From assembly GCF_006345805.1 (NCBI RefSeq), contig NC_043003.1, positions 107,322,001-107,386,000 of the forward strand: 64,000 nt of DNA, given 5' to 3'. Positions within the stretch are counted from its first letter, which is position 1. Every line of letters starts with the position of its first letter. A program made the position numbers and the translations under genes. This DNA is from Octopus sinensis (taxonomy: Eukaryota). This document shows positions 11,916 through 26,900 of the stretch, one piece after another. The notes beneath the pieces were generated by a model, which was not told where the DNA came from, did no database searches, and saw nothing but the letters and a program-made list of their open reading frames with translations.

Positions 11916-14900
11916 CTTATGGCAAAGTAGACCTCGGTAGAATCCCAACTCAGAAAATAAGTATGGATGAAACACCTGGGAGTATTTGAACTAATAAAAG
12001 ACTGTAATACAGGTAGGAGGACTGAAATTTGGAGAGAAGGATTGTGTCACCATAATCAACCCCAGTTCTCGACTATTTATCCCAAATGAATGAAAGTCAG
12101 TTAACTCGTGAGAGAGAGATTTGAACTCAGAACCATAAACACCTAAAACAAGGAATTGTTTTGGGCTTTTTTTTTTGTTTTTTGGGGGAGGGGGTTTCTG
12201 ATGCTCTAATAATTTTCTTCCAATCATTGTTTAACGTCTGTTTTCCATGCTGGCGTGGGTTGGACAGTTTGACTGAAAACTGAAAGGGGGGGAATGCACT
12301 AAGTTCTAATCTAATCTGGCAAGGTTTCTACGGCTAGATGCCCTTCCTAATGCCAACCACACCGAGAGTGTAGAGTGCTTTTTACATGCCACCGGCATAG
12401 ATGCCATTGGCCACAACTATGGTCACACTTGGCTTGACAGGTCAACACAAGCACGGTATATCGCCAAGGGCCGTGGTCACCTGTCACTGCCTCCACGAAG
12501 CCTAAGGCTTAAAATGGTGCCAATCAAGCAAATCATCTTTTCACTCGATAATGGTCCATTCTCTCAATTTTATTCAGGCAGATTTTATGGTTAAATGCCT
12601 TTCCTGTTGCTACCCTTCCTGGATTTCAAGGAATAATGCCAAGAACTCAATACCAAAATTTACATTTTATTTAAACATAAATAAAGGACAATTCAGCCTT
12701 TGAAGAAAATACAACACAAATACTCGGCACTTTTTACCATTCTTTCAGTCAACAATGAAATAGGACAATCTACCAGACGGCAAGCTGGCAGACTCGTTAG
12801 CATGTCGGGTGAAATGCTTAGCGGTATTTCATCTGCCGTTATGTTCTGAGTTCAAATTCCGCAAAGGTCGACTTTGCCTTTCATCCTTTCGGGATTGATT
12901 AAATAAGTACCAGTTATGCACTTAATCCGTTTGTCTGTCCTCTGTGTTTAGCCCCTTTTGGGTAGTAAAGAAATAGGACAATCTACCACACAAAAGGAAG
13001 AGTTTTCAATATGAGTTCAAAATCTCACTCGACATGCTAGAATTTGACAGCCAAATCTCCCCCAGATCCCATTCAGTATTAAAAACAAAGGACTCAACAC
13101 CATCTAACCTATGTTAGTGTATGTGTGCCTTGACATCGATATTGCTTTGCTAGCAGTGGCATCATTCAGGTCTCCCATAAACACAAAATCTGATAGTGTC
13201 TTGACACGGAAAGAAGTGGGAATAAAGTACATAAAAATGAGGATTATGTCTGACCCGGGGCTAAACAGTAATTGTTTTCTTTATAAACAAATACTTCTTG
13301 GCAACTTTTGATTATTTTGAAAATTAATTAAAACACAGACTATCGTTAGAGTTCAAAAAGGGTTAAATACCCACCTTGTTACCACCTTGGTCAACGTATC
13401 TGGCAGTGTTATTAAAAACTCTCAACATGGGCAGTAAACCATTTGAGTTACCGTTTGTCTAATTGAAAGAAAGAAAAAAATATATATACATGCATTATTT
13501 TAAAGACAGATATTTATATTTACACAGAAAGGAGGGATTAGAGAAAACATTTTTTCCTATTCAGTTACAAAGCTCTGCATTAAGAGTTCAAATTCCACTA
13601 GTCAACCTTGCGTTTCATTTCTATGCCAGCCCTCCCCGAAATAAGTACCAAATGTACAAAAAGGTTTCATTTAATTAATTCCATCCTCTATACATTTGCC
13701 CTGTACCAATACAAAAGAAATAAAGAGTAGCCAATACCATAATGAATAATTCTCCATACTAAACCACTCCTGTTTAGAAACTACCAATATCAAGGAGGCG
13801 AGTTGGCAGAAACATTAGCAAGCCGGACGAAATGCTTTGTGGTATTTCGTCCGCCACTGCATTCTGAGTTCAAATTCCGCCGAGGTCAACTTTACCTTTC
13901 ATCCTTTCGGGGTCAATAAATTAAATACCAGTTACGCACTAGGGTCGATGTAATCGACTTAATCCCTTTGTCTGTCCTTGTTTGTCCCCTCTATGTTTAG
14001 CCCCTTGTGGACAATAAAGAAATAAGAAACTACCAATATTATTTACTATGGCATCGATGTGGCTGTGTGGGCAAGAAGCTTGCTTCCCAACTCTCTTGAG
14101 CAAGAGTCTTTTACTAGAGTTCCAGGCTACAACAGATGGAAACTGAAAGAAGCCTGTCGTGTGTTTAGGCTAAATGAAGGTCGTAAACGAGCATCACCCT
14201 CATACAAGCAACACTGTTCATTTTCCTGTAAAAAAGAAAAAATATGCCCCATCATGGGAAATACTATTTTGCTTGGAACCTGGCAAAAGTTAATGACAGG
14301 AACAGTTTCTGATCCTAGAAAACCTGCTTCAATAATTTACATTTGATCCATGTAATCATGGAGAAGTGGATATTAAATGAGAGTGACCTTTATTCCCTAT
14401 GGAGTTACCCTAAGGATCAACAGACTCTTATAAAAGCTTTACTCAAACAAGCAAGAGAAAACAAGATGAGGGAAGGGGGAGGACATGACCATAAGTCTAA
14501 CATCATTTAACATTTTTCTTCCATGCAGGCATCGGTTGGACCACGACACCTACAAACTAACATCGATTCCAATCGTAGACGCTCAAGAGTGGAGAGGAGG
14601 AAAGTGTAGTCAAATCAACCTTTATTATCTGACTTTGTCAAGCCAGGAAGGATAAAGGTATTGATATATGGACGTCAAAACTTACACCAGCAATGTAGCT
14701 GCCAAAACTGCGAATATTGTGTACATGCACACCAATTCCACCCGCATTCTTGGAAATGAGTGCGCACTGTTTCAATGTGTCGTATATGCCTTCTATACTG
14801 TCAGACTGCATTGCTAACAGGAAACAGCTGAAAGAAAAGCAGTAAATATAAGAATACTAACATGCTATCTTAAAGATAGTGTTCTGGAAATGACTCAAGC

Positions 14901-17900
14901 TTTGATTCTATCATATCAACACAATGGCAAAATACATGAATGAAGCCAGGGAAGTAAATGACAGTTAAAAGTTATTGGAATGGAGGAATTCACATTTGCT
15001 AAAATCACTTCCTGCCCCCCCCCCACACACACACACAACCATGCAGCTCCTCTACCCAACCCTCGTCCCCTAGCATGAAGCCCTTCCTCAGAAGCCAGTC
15101 TTGTGCTGGTGGCACAAAAAATGCACCCAGTACACACTATGCAGTGATTAGCATTAGGAAGGACAACCAGCCATAAAAACTATACCAAAGCAGACAGTGG
15201 AGCAGAATGGCATTCCTTGGATCCATCAGATCCTGTCAAACTACCCAATCCATGCCAGCATGGATCAGGGACATTTAATAGGGATAATGCTTAGCCCTCA
15301 GCATACCATCCATGAAAGCCTTCCAGTTGAGATTTTATCACCTTTTCCTAATTCTAAAGCAATGTTATGTTGTTATATAAAAAAAGAATAAAATAAGGTT
15401 AACATAAGTCCTGGGGTTGATTTGCTTGACTAAAGGCAGTGCTCCAGCATGGCCACTCAAAATGACTGAAACAAGTAAAAGAGTTGGAATTCTACCGAGG
15501 TCTACTTTGCCATAAGGCCTTTTTTTTTTTTTTTTTATTATGTTAGGGTCAATGTAATTGATTAGTTCCCTCCCTCAAAATATTTGGGAATACAATGATT
15601 TTTTTCTTTTCTTAAGCTGTTGCAATTCACTGCCCAGGGTCTCTGCTCAACTGGGAATGATCTAAGCTGACACAATGACTGAACACTTTGGAAGTTTGTT
15701 GCCAAAGAGAGGATAATAAGTGGTTAGAATACACTGCATTTCTAGACACAGAAATTCTACATTACCTCAGATGACCAAAGATGGTACCTGTCACAGGTTC
15801 ACCAGGTGGGAGTCTTACCTTTGATGGGGCAAAAACTCTATAAACAGAGAGAATTTATCTCTCCCCTACCTTTTTTAGTGTATACTGTGAAGGATAGGAG
15901 AACTAAAAAAAACACCATGCATGCGTGGGTCCTCGCCAGGGCCACCTGACTGGCTCCCATGCCAGTGGTACGTAAAATGCACCCACTACACTCTCGGAGT
16001 GGTTGGCGTTAGGAAGGGCATCGAGCTGTAGAAACTCTGCCAGATCAGATTGGAGCCTGGTGCAGCCTCCTGGCTTCCAGTCCTCAGTCAAACCATCCAA
16101 CCGATGATGATGAGAGCAAAGGTGCATGGCCTGGTGGTTACAATCACAAGATCAGGAATTCAATTTCCAAACTAGGCAATGCATTGTTCTTGAGCAACAC
16201 ACTTCAGTTCACATTGCTCCCGCCCACTGATCTACAAACAGCTCCCCTGCAATGGACTGGCATCCTGTTCAAGGATTAATGTTATGATCCCAGTCACTCC
16301 TATTGCCATGGAAATCAGCTCTGTGAGCCCTATAACTCAAGACATTAATACCCAAGGGTTGACAATAACCAATAGGCATTCGACACAGCTGGCTATTCTG
16401 AACTAAGTCCCACAAGGCCTGGCTAATTACATCAACAATCCAATGGGTTATTCACCTGTATGTGACCATTGAAGAGAGATCAACTTACCTGGACATTTGA
16501 GGACGGTTTGTGCCAGAATTAAAGAGTGTTGGAGAGGCATGGGTGAACCATTTTTCAGACATCAGATTGTATGACTGAAGAAAAAAAAAAAAAGAAATTT
16601 TGATTCAAGCCAGAAATAAAAACAAAACTTCAATTACATTTCTTTTGTAAGCAACAGCCTTTTCACTGGTCGAAGAGTTCCGAATGATCCAAGCCTTTCA
16701 TAAGAGGATTCCCGTGCAACTCAGGAAGAACACCACAAGCTATTCTCATTGAAATAGCCCACCCTACTGAGTAAATTTTATATATATATACACACAGAGA
16801 GTATTACCTTGATTTTTGAACAACGATCGCGAATATATCAGGAGATAAATAGATTGATAGGTAATACATTATAAAGCACAATTTATTTGTAATTAAAGTT
16901 GTTCAAAAACCAAGGTTTATATAGACAGACAGACAGATGGATGGATGGATAGAGAGAGAGAAAGAGGAGAAAGATTGCTGATATAGCATAGTAGTTAAGA
17001 AGTTTGCTTCTCAACCATGTGGCTTCTGGTTCAGTTCCATTGTGTGACACTTTAGGCAAGTGTCTTCTATAGCCCAAGGCCTGCAAAAGCCTTGAGTGGA
17101 TTTGATAGATGGAAACTGAAAGAAGCCTGTGTCTTCCTCTCTTGATACCACATGTTAGTTGTAAATGAGATTCAGTCAAAGAAGCAATGCTATTCATTTG
17201 CAGTGTTCTGTGAAGACATCTGGCCATGAGGAAGCATTGTTTGGAAACAGGCGAAGGTTGGTGACTGGAAGAGCATCTGGCTGTGGAAAATCTGCCTCAC
17301 CAGAACAGATCCATGCAGGCACAGAAAAGTTGACATCAAAAATCAGGATGCCAGTTACCTTTTACCAAATTCTTCACATTCCTCTTGCCTTCTCTTTCAC
17401 CTCATCCCAATACCCCTATACATTCTTGTCTGTGAATCCCGTGCCCATTCCCATCTTCTGAATTCCTCTCCTAGAACCACATTCCCATCTGGCCTCGAAC
17501 CCTTTTGTCTTTCATTACAAACCTCACCTGAAATAAAAGATTCTCACATTTGCAACATAAAAGCATCAAACAAACGCAGCAGCAGCAGCAACAATGGTAA
17601 TTCCTCTCCAATCCTCTTTTATTAGTTTCAGTCATTTGACTGCGGCCATGCTGGAGCACCGCCTTTTTAGTCGAGCAAATCGACCCCGGGACTTATTCTT
17701 TGTAAGCCCAGTGCTTATTCTATCGGTTTCTTTTGCCGAACCACTAAGTGACGGGGACGTAAACACACCAGCATCGGTTGTCAAGCAATGCTAGGGGGAC
17801 TAACACAGACACACAAATATACGACAGGCTTCTTTCAGTTTCCGTCTACCAATCCACTAACAAGGCATTGGTCGGCCCGGGGCTATAGCAGAAGACACTT

Positions 17901-20900
17901 GCCCAAGGTGCCACGCAGTGGGACTGAACCCGGAACCATGTGGTTGGTAAGCAAGCTACTTACCACACAGCCACTCCTGCGCTCTCTATAGTGACCAAAT
18001 CATTCTGAGCAGCAGCCATTCTTCTTAGAGCTTTACTCAAAAGAATTATTCTAACTCTGCACCATTTCCAATGAAAGAGAAGCGAAATGCTTAAGAGGTG
18101 TGTCTTAATCACATACACAATACCAGTCATTAACTGGTTACCCACTACACTATCCATTCGATCAAATGCCTTGAGCACAGTTGTATCTTTGTTAATCAGT
18201 TCTCATCAGATTTTAAAATAGTCAAATGAGAAAATTCCCAAACCGAATCTGCAAAGGCGCCTTACCTCTATGGCAGCATTTATATCATCTTGGTGGATGC
18301 CAACTGCTACCCTCATCAACATGTGCTGAGGGCGTTCAGCAACTAAAACACAAAAAAAAAAAAACATTTTTAAACTTTTACTTTATTGAAATCATGGAAA
18401 AAAAAAAAAAAGTTTAAAAAAAAAATTGGGGAAAAAAAAATAGTTGTGCATAATAACCCAATATATTAAAGAAAAGCAAGGAAATTATCCCATAATATAT
18501 TTGACTGCAAATTTTGAAACGGGGAGGGGGTCGATTATATTGACCCCAGTGCACAGCAGGTACTTCTTTTATCAACCCTGAAAGGATGAAAGGTAAAGCT
18601 GACCTCAACAGAATTTGAACCCACGGTAAACAATTCAGCCAGCTCACCACATCCAACAATATATTAGATGTTGTTGGTTGACTAAAATAACACCCCCCCC
18701 GCCATTGTTAGAGAAACAAAAATGACCACCACCCTTTACATTGAAACTAATAAACTTCCCTTTAGTAGAGAGTCAGTTTGGGTTGCCAGAGCGGCTAACT
18801 AGCTTCCATGCCGGTGGCACGTAAAAGGTACCATTCAAGCGTGATCGTTACCAGCGTCACCTGTGACGGTGGCATGTGTAAAAAGATTTGAGTGAGGTTA
18901 TTGCCAGTACCGCCTGACTGGCACGTAAAAGCACCCACTACACTCTCGGAGTGGTTGGCGTTAGGAAGGACATCCAGCTGTAGAAACTCTGCCAGATCAA
19001 GATTGGAGCCTGGTGCAGTCATCTGGTTCGCCAGTCCTCAGTCAAAATCGTCCAACCCATGCCAGCATGGAAAGCTGACATTAAACGATGATGACAACAA
19101 TGGCTGTAAACACAAGAAGTGTGCCATTGGTGATGCTGGCATCAATAGTCCAGATCCTTCCAGATGGAGTAGACCCATCAGCAAAGGGATTCTAATCATC
19201 ACCATCTCAAGCCAGACCCACCCCTTTTTTCCTCAGAATATCAACATTATCCAAGGTATCTTTCTTTGAAGCTGTTTGGGTGCAGCTGATAAGGATTTGG
19301 CTGCTGTTTCTAATAGGTTGAATGAGGTGGAGCCTTGTGACATGTTGTCACACTGATTTGACCTGGAAACTACATGATGGAAATGTCTGTGGAATACTCA
19401 ACAGAAGAATGAATACCTTTGTCATTAATCTTCAGGAGGTACGACCGTTCCAATGTCTGGCAAAAAAAAAAAAAAGATCAAATCTATTTTAGGACTGCAA
19501 TAAATATAATAAACAACAACAAATAAAACCAACTACTTCTATGTAAATTACACAAACATGTTCCATATATAAAAAGGGTTCGGTGAATAAACTGTCGTCT
19601 GAATTATGCAAAAATGAAAACACTGACATCTCATTTTAACAGATGTATTTACCAAAATTACATAAAAATATCTTGAAATACTAAGGAGTAAATTTATTCA
19701 ATAAAATCGCCATTGGCTTCAACTACAGCCTCCAGATGACCACAGAATCTCCAGCAACTTTTCTGGAAGCTCTCTTTCTTCAACCTTTTAGTGTTCAGAG
19801 CAGCTAAAACTGGCCGAAAATTATTCCCCTTTATTTGTTTGAACCAACAAAATCTCAGATTCCTCTACGAAATCTTTAAAAAAATAAATCTCATTTTTTG
19901 AATTGTCATAGCTTTGAGATAATGCAAGATAAAAAAAACCTTTCCCACCTTTATTCAAGTAATGGTGTGGTGAAATTTTTGAGACTTCTTGGTTTTTTGC
20001 AATGTTTGAAGAGAATTGTATATCTTAGTTTGTAAGATGGCGCCAACAAGTAAGTGATTCTGACTTTGAAGGTTTTACTCTTGAGGATGTACCAAATATA
20101 AATGAAAACAAATGATTTGTCTTGAGACAAATCTGATATTGATATTTACGAACCTTCGTCAGATGAGGAAAATTTTGATAATGTAAGTGATAAAAATGAC
20201 AATGATATTGAAAACATTACATCAACCAAAATTCCTGATTTCACAGAAAAGTCCAGTCCACAACAGTCTACCCCCCACCGATGCACAACCATTTGACTAT
20301 TTACTTTTCTTTTTACAGATAAGCTTTTTTGAAACTGTCTCGGAGGAAACAATAAATATGCTCAACAAATAATTTCTATTTGCAGTAGACCTGTTCCACT
20401 ATGGCAGTCAACTGATACTGCAGAAATGGGAGTTTTTTTCACTATAAACATTATATTTGGTATCAAGCAGCTTCCTTGATTATGGAATTGCTGGAGTCCT
20501 GATATAAGGTATGGTGATCCATATCTCTCTAGCATGATGTCAAAGATTAGGTATTCGAAAGTTGATTCCGCTAATGACCCCAGCAAAAACGACCCAAACT
20601 ACGATTCCCTGTATAAAGTACGCCCTGTTATTGATTTGCTTTGTGATAGGTATAAAACTATCTGCCTGGGAAAAATCTCAGCGTAGATGAAGCCACGATA
20701 GGCCAAAAGGGCAGGGTACATTTTCGGCAGTACATGCCTGCCAAACCCACTAAATGATGTATCAAGGTATGGGAAGCCTGTGAATCAGACACAGGATATT
20801 GTGTGCACTTTGATGTCTACACAGGTAAAAATAGTGGAAACGGACCATTTGAGTTGGGATATGATGTAGTATGGTCTCTAACTGAGCCATTTCACCATCA

Positions 20901-23900
20901 ACACTAGCACTTCTATTTTGACCGTTTTTTTTTCTTCAATGGCTTTGGCAGAACATCTTGCCTGTGAAAGTACTTACATGTGCAGTACTATTATGGGCAA
21001 CCGCAAAGGTTAATTGTGTGAAATGAAAACAAAATTTTTAAAAAGAGGGGACATTCTACTGATGCAAAAACAAAATTTGTTAGCAACTTTATACAAAGAG
21101 AAAAGACAGATTTAATTTCTATCTGCCAATGAACAGCCTGGTGTCGGTGCCGAGGAGAAACCCCTGTGAATATTTGCTATAATGAATGTATGGGTGGGGG
21201 TTGACAAACCCAACCAGTATTGGGCATACTACCTAATTGGACGACCTGGAAAGAAATGGCAGAGGTACATTTTGTGGTTTTTAGTAAATTCAACTATAGT
21301 TAATTCCTATATTGTGTAAAAAGCCAAATGGCACATCCGCCACAAAATGACTACGACCATTTGACATTTTGGGCTGACATATGCACCTCAGTTACGCGAG
21401 GGTTTTTCTTTCAGAAAGCACAGAACTGAGGGAAAAGCAAAATTAACTGAGGTGGATGTCAAGAGAAACAATATTGACTTCCGTAAAGTGATTAAGATAA
21501 ATGGAGGGAAAAAAATCTGCAGACTGTTTGGTGGAAAAACAAGAAAAACTCCAAAAGGAGATCAGGTCTTGACCTTATCTATGATTTTACAAAGTGCTCT
21601 TGTGTAAAGGGTGCCTTGGACAGGTTCACAATAGAAATATGGAATAACTATATTTTGTTATTTTAATAGTAATACTATCATATATTCCTTCCATTTTATT
21701 ACAATATGTGAAAGTGAAAAATCCATATTAATTTTCAGTATGTTACACACCTGTATTCACCTTTGTCTCACCTGTTAATGAGCTTTTTTTTTTTATTAGT
21801 TACATTCTGTTAAGTAAATATATTCATTAAATTGTATAAGAGTACATAGCCAATGACCAGAAAAAAGAGTTTTGTACTTTATATTCAATGAAAATGTTTG
21901 AATGAAATATAAAGAAAAAAATCTCGTCAAGGGGTTTGCTGTCTGGGGAGTTAGGTGGCCAGATGTTAGGGGTGATGTGGTCGCAGAAATTGTCTGAAAG
22001 CCATGACTGGGCTTCCCTGATTGTGTGGCATGCTGCAGAGTTCTGTTGCCAGACATAGGGTCTTCCAGCAGCCACCCTCTTGACCCAGGGCAGCACTACT
22101 TCCTCCAGACACTTGACGTAGGTATCTGTGTTGAGTATGAGGCCATGCGGGAAGATGAATGGAGGCATAACGTTGCCATCAATGGTGATCACTCCAAACA
22201 CCATGAGGTTGACTCTGGATGTTTGATTTTTATCCCTCTCAGTATATGTCCTCAGACTGACATCCAAACACTCTGAAGTGTTCCTATTGGAGCTTCCGGT
22301 GCAAATGCCAAGCAGTACAGCATGTCATTTCCTAATTCCTGGCAGAATGAATGGCATCATGGTGCTGTTTTTCTCACAGACGGTGCCCAACTGACCCTAC
22401 CATACTGTGTAGTTGACAAAATCAAAAACAATGCAAATGCATGAAACTAGAAATATGAAATGGTGACAATTTACCTATCAAACCCTTATACATGCTTGTG
22501 TGTCTGTCTGTCTATATATATATATATATATATATATGAAAAATAAGCAACAAGAATGGATCCGGTAATTTAGTACGATTGTTTCATACTATAACATTTT
22601 ATTAAAAGCTGTAAATATTACAGCAGATATAATATGTCAAGTAATCTTCAGCTAATTTCATATAGGTTTTCCAATAATATAAAGTTCTCAAAAATCAATT
22701 AGCAACATCCTAGAGAAGGTAGAAGGCTGGCTTCCGTGCCGTTGGCACATTAAAAGCACCAACCGATCGTGGCCGATGCCAGACCCCACTGGCACCTGTG
22801 CAGGTGGCACGTAAAAAGCACCCACTACACTCACGGAGTGGTTGGCGTTAGGAAAGGCATCCGGCTGTAGAAACACTGCCAGATCAGACTGGAGCCTGGT
22901 GCAGCCCCAAGCTTCCCAGATCCCGGTCGAACCGTCCAAACCATGCTAGCGCGAAAAACGGACGTTAAACGATGATGATATATTGCCAACAGGAACAATT
23001 GCTATCATGGCTTTTTAGATTGATGACCAAACTTTTTTATTTGGTAAAATAAATATTTTATTAGGTTCCATAATGGTTCACCTTCTTTAAGACCCTTAGA
23101 ATTCTGTAAACTCAAGTGACATACATTCTACATAGAGTTGCACAACAAATTTAAAATCTGAGCCTCTACATAGTAACCATTAGGAATGGTTAAATCTTCC
23201 TCAAATGTCACCCACTGAAGCCAGGTAACCAACAATAATTCTGTTCCCAAAATGCATAATAATGGAAAATAAAGAAACCAGACAGTTGTGTGGACGATTC
23301 TTACACTCAGTGTCTTTTCTAATTTAAAACATTCATAGAATTGAAAAATTCAAAATACAGAAGGTAAAATATACCTTGAACCCGAAGTAATTATATTTGT
23401 AATCTCTGTCATGAATAATTGCAGAATTCAATTTCTGAAAAGAAAGTAAAAGAATTTATTAACAATTCTTATTTGTTCAAAATATACAAAAAATTAAAGC
23501 ATCAATTTAATTCTTCAGTCTGATAAATTTTCAGCATTTAAGAACTGCCACCCAACAGTGGCATGGTTGCTCGTCAAATTGTCCAACAGTTGACTGCTTT
23601 GTGAACGGTTAAGTCGACTGTCTTATATTTTGGTTGTTTTATTTCTTTTTTAGTTTGGTTAAAAAGAATGGCATCGATGATCCTACAACATTTGCGCAAC
23701 TGATACCATTAATGCTCTGTTTAAACTATTACAAGTCTACAACTGGAAGGAATTCCAGAGGGAATAAAGACCAAGGCTTCAGATCTTTTGACCAACAGAT
23801 TTTTTAAATAATTTTTTTGTAACTGAACACTTTTGAACTTCAGACACTGGTAGAATGTATCATATAAAACATCTTTTACTCTTAGCGGTTTTAAGAAAAG

Positions 23901-26900
23901 CTTATATTTAGGAAGTTATTTCAAGTTAAAGTTGTCATATTTCGGTAATTTCAACCAATCAATGACATGTATTCAGCTGAATAAAATTACTGCTGTTGTT
24001 TGTCAACAACTATTGGAGGTGTATTTTTCATTTGTCACTGTTATTTGACATCATTCATGCGTTTGTACTGGTTTTAGCTTAAGGGTTTTAGGGTTAGGGT
24101 TGTCAAAAATAACAGTGACAAACGAAATATGCACCTCCTTTCAGACAAGACACATAATGCAGAAAACAAAACAGTTAAATTACATGTCTACAAAAGTTAC
24201 AATTAATTGCAGACAAAATTCTTAAATGTAAAATTCTTGCCTCTTGGTTGCTTTTGATTAATTCAAAAATATGTGGTGCAATCTTTGGAGAGTGTTTACC
24301 AGTCCTATGGTTCACGTAGTTGTAAAGATCTTCCATAACATCTAGAAAAGATAGAGAATAACATCTGTAGTCATACCAACAGACTTAGCTGTATCAATCT
24401 ACTTCTATTGACATTTAACATATCTGGGGGAAGGGGAAAAAGGCTTCCCATTTGACACTCCAATTCTACTAATCCACTTCCTGGAACTGGTATTTCGTTT
24501 ATCAACCCCAGATTACAGAGGCAGAACAAACATCACAAGGTTCTATCAATTCTAGTTTATACACACACATGTATATAGACACATATGTGTATATACATAC
24601 TTATATGAGGGTGAGTCAGAAAGTAATGCTATTTTGTTTAGGACAGGTATAATTACCAACACAGGAACATGTATCATACATCAAAATGAAGCTGGTCCTC
24701 TGTGGATCACATCCCTACTTCTCAACATAGTCACCGTTTCTCTCAGTAGCAATGTTCCACCTTTGAATGAGAGCATGTATCCCTGCCCGGTAAAATTCTG
24801 TTGACTGTTCTTTGAGCCACTTCTTCAGTTTTCACTTCCCTGTCACTGGAATAATTTAGCACCTTCAGACTATCATCTCTTCAACCCCATGAAAGAGGGT
24901 TTGAGAAGCAAACATTATTCCAGTGACGAGGGAGTGAAAACTGTAGTGAACAAGAAGTGGCTCAAAGAACAGTCAATAGAATTTTACAGGGCAGGGATAC
25001 ATGCTCTCATTCGAAGGTGGAACATTGCTATTGAGAGAAACGGTAACTATGTTGAGAAGTAGGGATGTGATCCACAGAGGACCAGCTTCATTTTCATGTA
25101 TGATACATGTTCCTGTGTTGGTAATTATACCTGTCTTAAACAAAATGGCATTAATTTTTGACTCACCCTCGTATATGTATATATTTGTTAAATCTAGGCT
25201 TCTCTGCCTGGACGGTTCCTGTCAAACCAACTCACCATTGCCAGCATGGAAGGCAGACATTAAACAATGATGACAACAACTCCATAATTATGTAAATATA
25301 AAGTTTTTAAAATATCAATTCCAAGCTTTCCTTACTTCCTCTTGGCAGAAGTCTGGGACCAATAAATGAAATCTCCAAGACAGTGGATTAGCAGAATTAT
25401 TGAAATATCAGATGTAATTGCTTTTCAAATGAACTTCAGTGTTTGCAATTAAAAACTCGTTAATCTTTTCTTCTTTAAGCCAGAAAGTATTTTAGCCATT
25501 TTGCTTCATTTCAACGATTGTGGCCATGCTGGGGCAATGCTTTGACTTTTTAGTTGAATGAATCACCCCCAATACTTATATTTTTAAGCCCATTACTTAT
25601 GCTATCAGTCCCTTTTGCTGAACCACTAAGTTACAGGGATGTAAACAAACCAACACTGGCTGTCAGGTGGCAGTGAGAGAGAAATAGACATATATACGAT
25701 GGGCTTCTTTCAGTTTCTGTCTACCAAATCCACTCACAAAGCTTTGGTTAGCCTGAGGCAATAAAAGATACTTGGTCAAGGGCCCACAGTGGGTTGAACC
25801 CAAAACCATGTGGTGGGGAAATAAACTTCTTACCATACAGCCACTATGGAGAACCTTAGGTAAACGTTTTCTTCTGTGGTGCATCAAATAACAGTCATTA
25901 AAGATCATCATCATCATTTAATGTCTGTTTTCCATGCTGGCATGAGTTGGACGGTTTGACTGAGGACTGGTAAGCCAGGAGGCTTCACCAGGCTCCAGTC
26001 TGATCTGGCAATGTTTCTACAGCTGGATGCCCTTCCTAACGCCAACCACTCTGAGAGTGTAGTGGGGGCTTTTTATGTGCCACCGGCACAGGAGCCAGTC
26101 AGGCAGGCGTGGCATCGACCATGTTCAGATGGTGCTTTTTACGTGCCACTGGCACGGGAGCCAGTCAGGGGACTCTGGCATCAACCACGTGCAGATATAA
26201 TGAATAAATATTCAACATGAATACTTGTAAAAATGTTATTAATATTGTTATCAGCGGCAAATCTAAATAACTGATAACAATAACATGAGTGGTGGCAAGC
26301 GATCTATACATAAAATTCTTAATTATATTAAAGGGTACACGAAGCACCATATCAAGGAAATTTCTTGGGTTCATAAGTTCAAATGAAATCCTCAAAAGTG
26401 GGGCCTTGTTGTGGCCACAATCCATCCAGAGTCTGCAACAAATACAGGAATAGAAACTGGGGAAAGCACATTATATATATATACATACATACATTACATA
26501 TATATACATACATATATACATACACATACATACATATATACATATACATACATATATACATACATATACATATATACATACACATACATATATACATACA
26601 TATACATATATACATACATATACATATATACATACATATACATATATACATACATATACATATATACATACATATACATACATACATACATACATATATA
26701 CACACACACACACATTTCTACAACAGTAACATTAACACAGACTTGTCCCTTGGCTTTATAATGGTCACTGGTATCTCTTAAACACCCACCCACCTCATGA
26801 AGGGTGAATAGTTAAGAATGGAAATCAAAATTCTCACCACTGAAAACCTTCTTCGTTTCTTTATGCATGTTTGAGACGGCAATACGAGCAGCTAAAATGG

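Noticed and set aside
16680-16770. Possible alternative RRM1 exon (SMRIACG, similar to MRVAVG)
   Set aside because: Similarity limited to a few residues; the true exon 7 is at 18266-18342.
24080-24100. TTAGGG-like tracts (also about 35705, 38870, 58135)
   Set aside because: Two or three degenerate units inside the GGATC-MITE family; not interstitial telomere arrays.
26379-26793. YI/HI/CM-repeat ORFs (also 32083-32588, 47409-48053, 59154-59837)
   Set aside because: Translations of microsatellites or SINE-D interiors.
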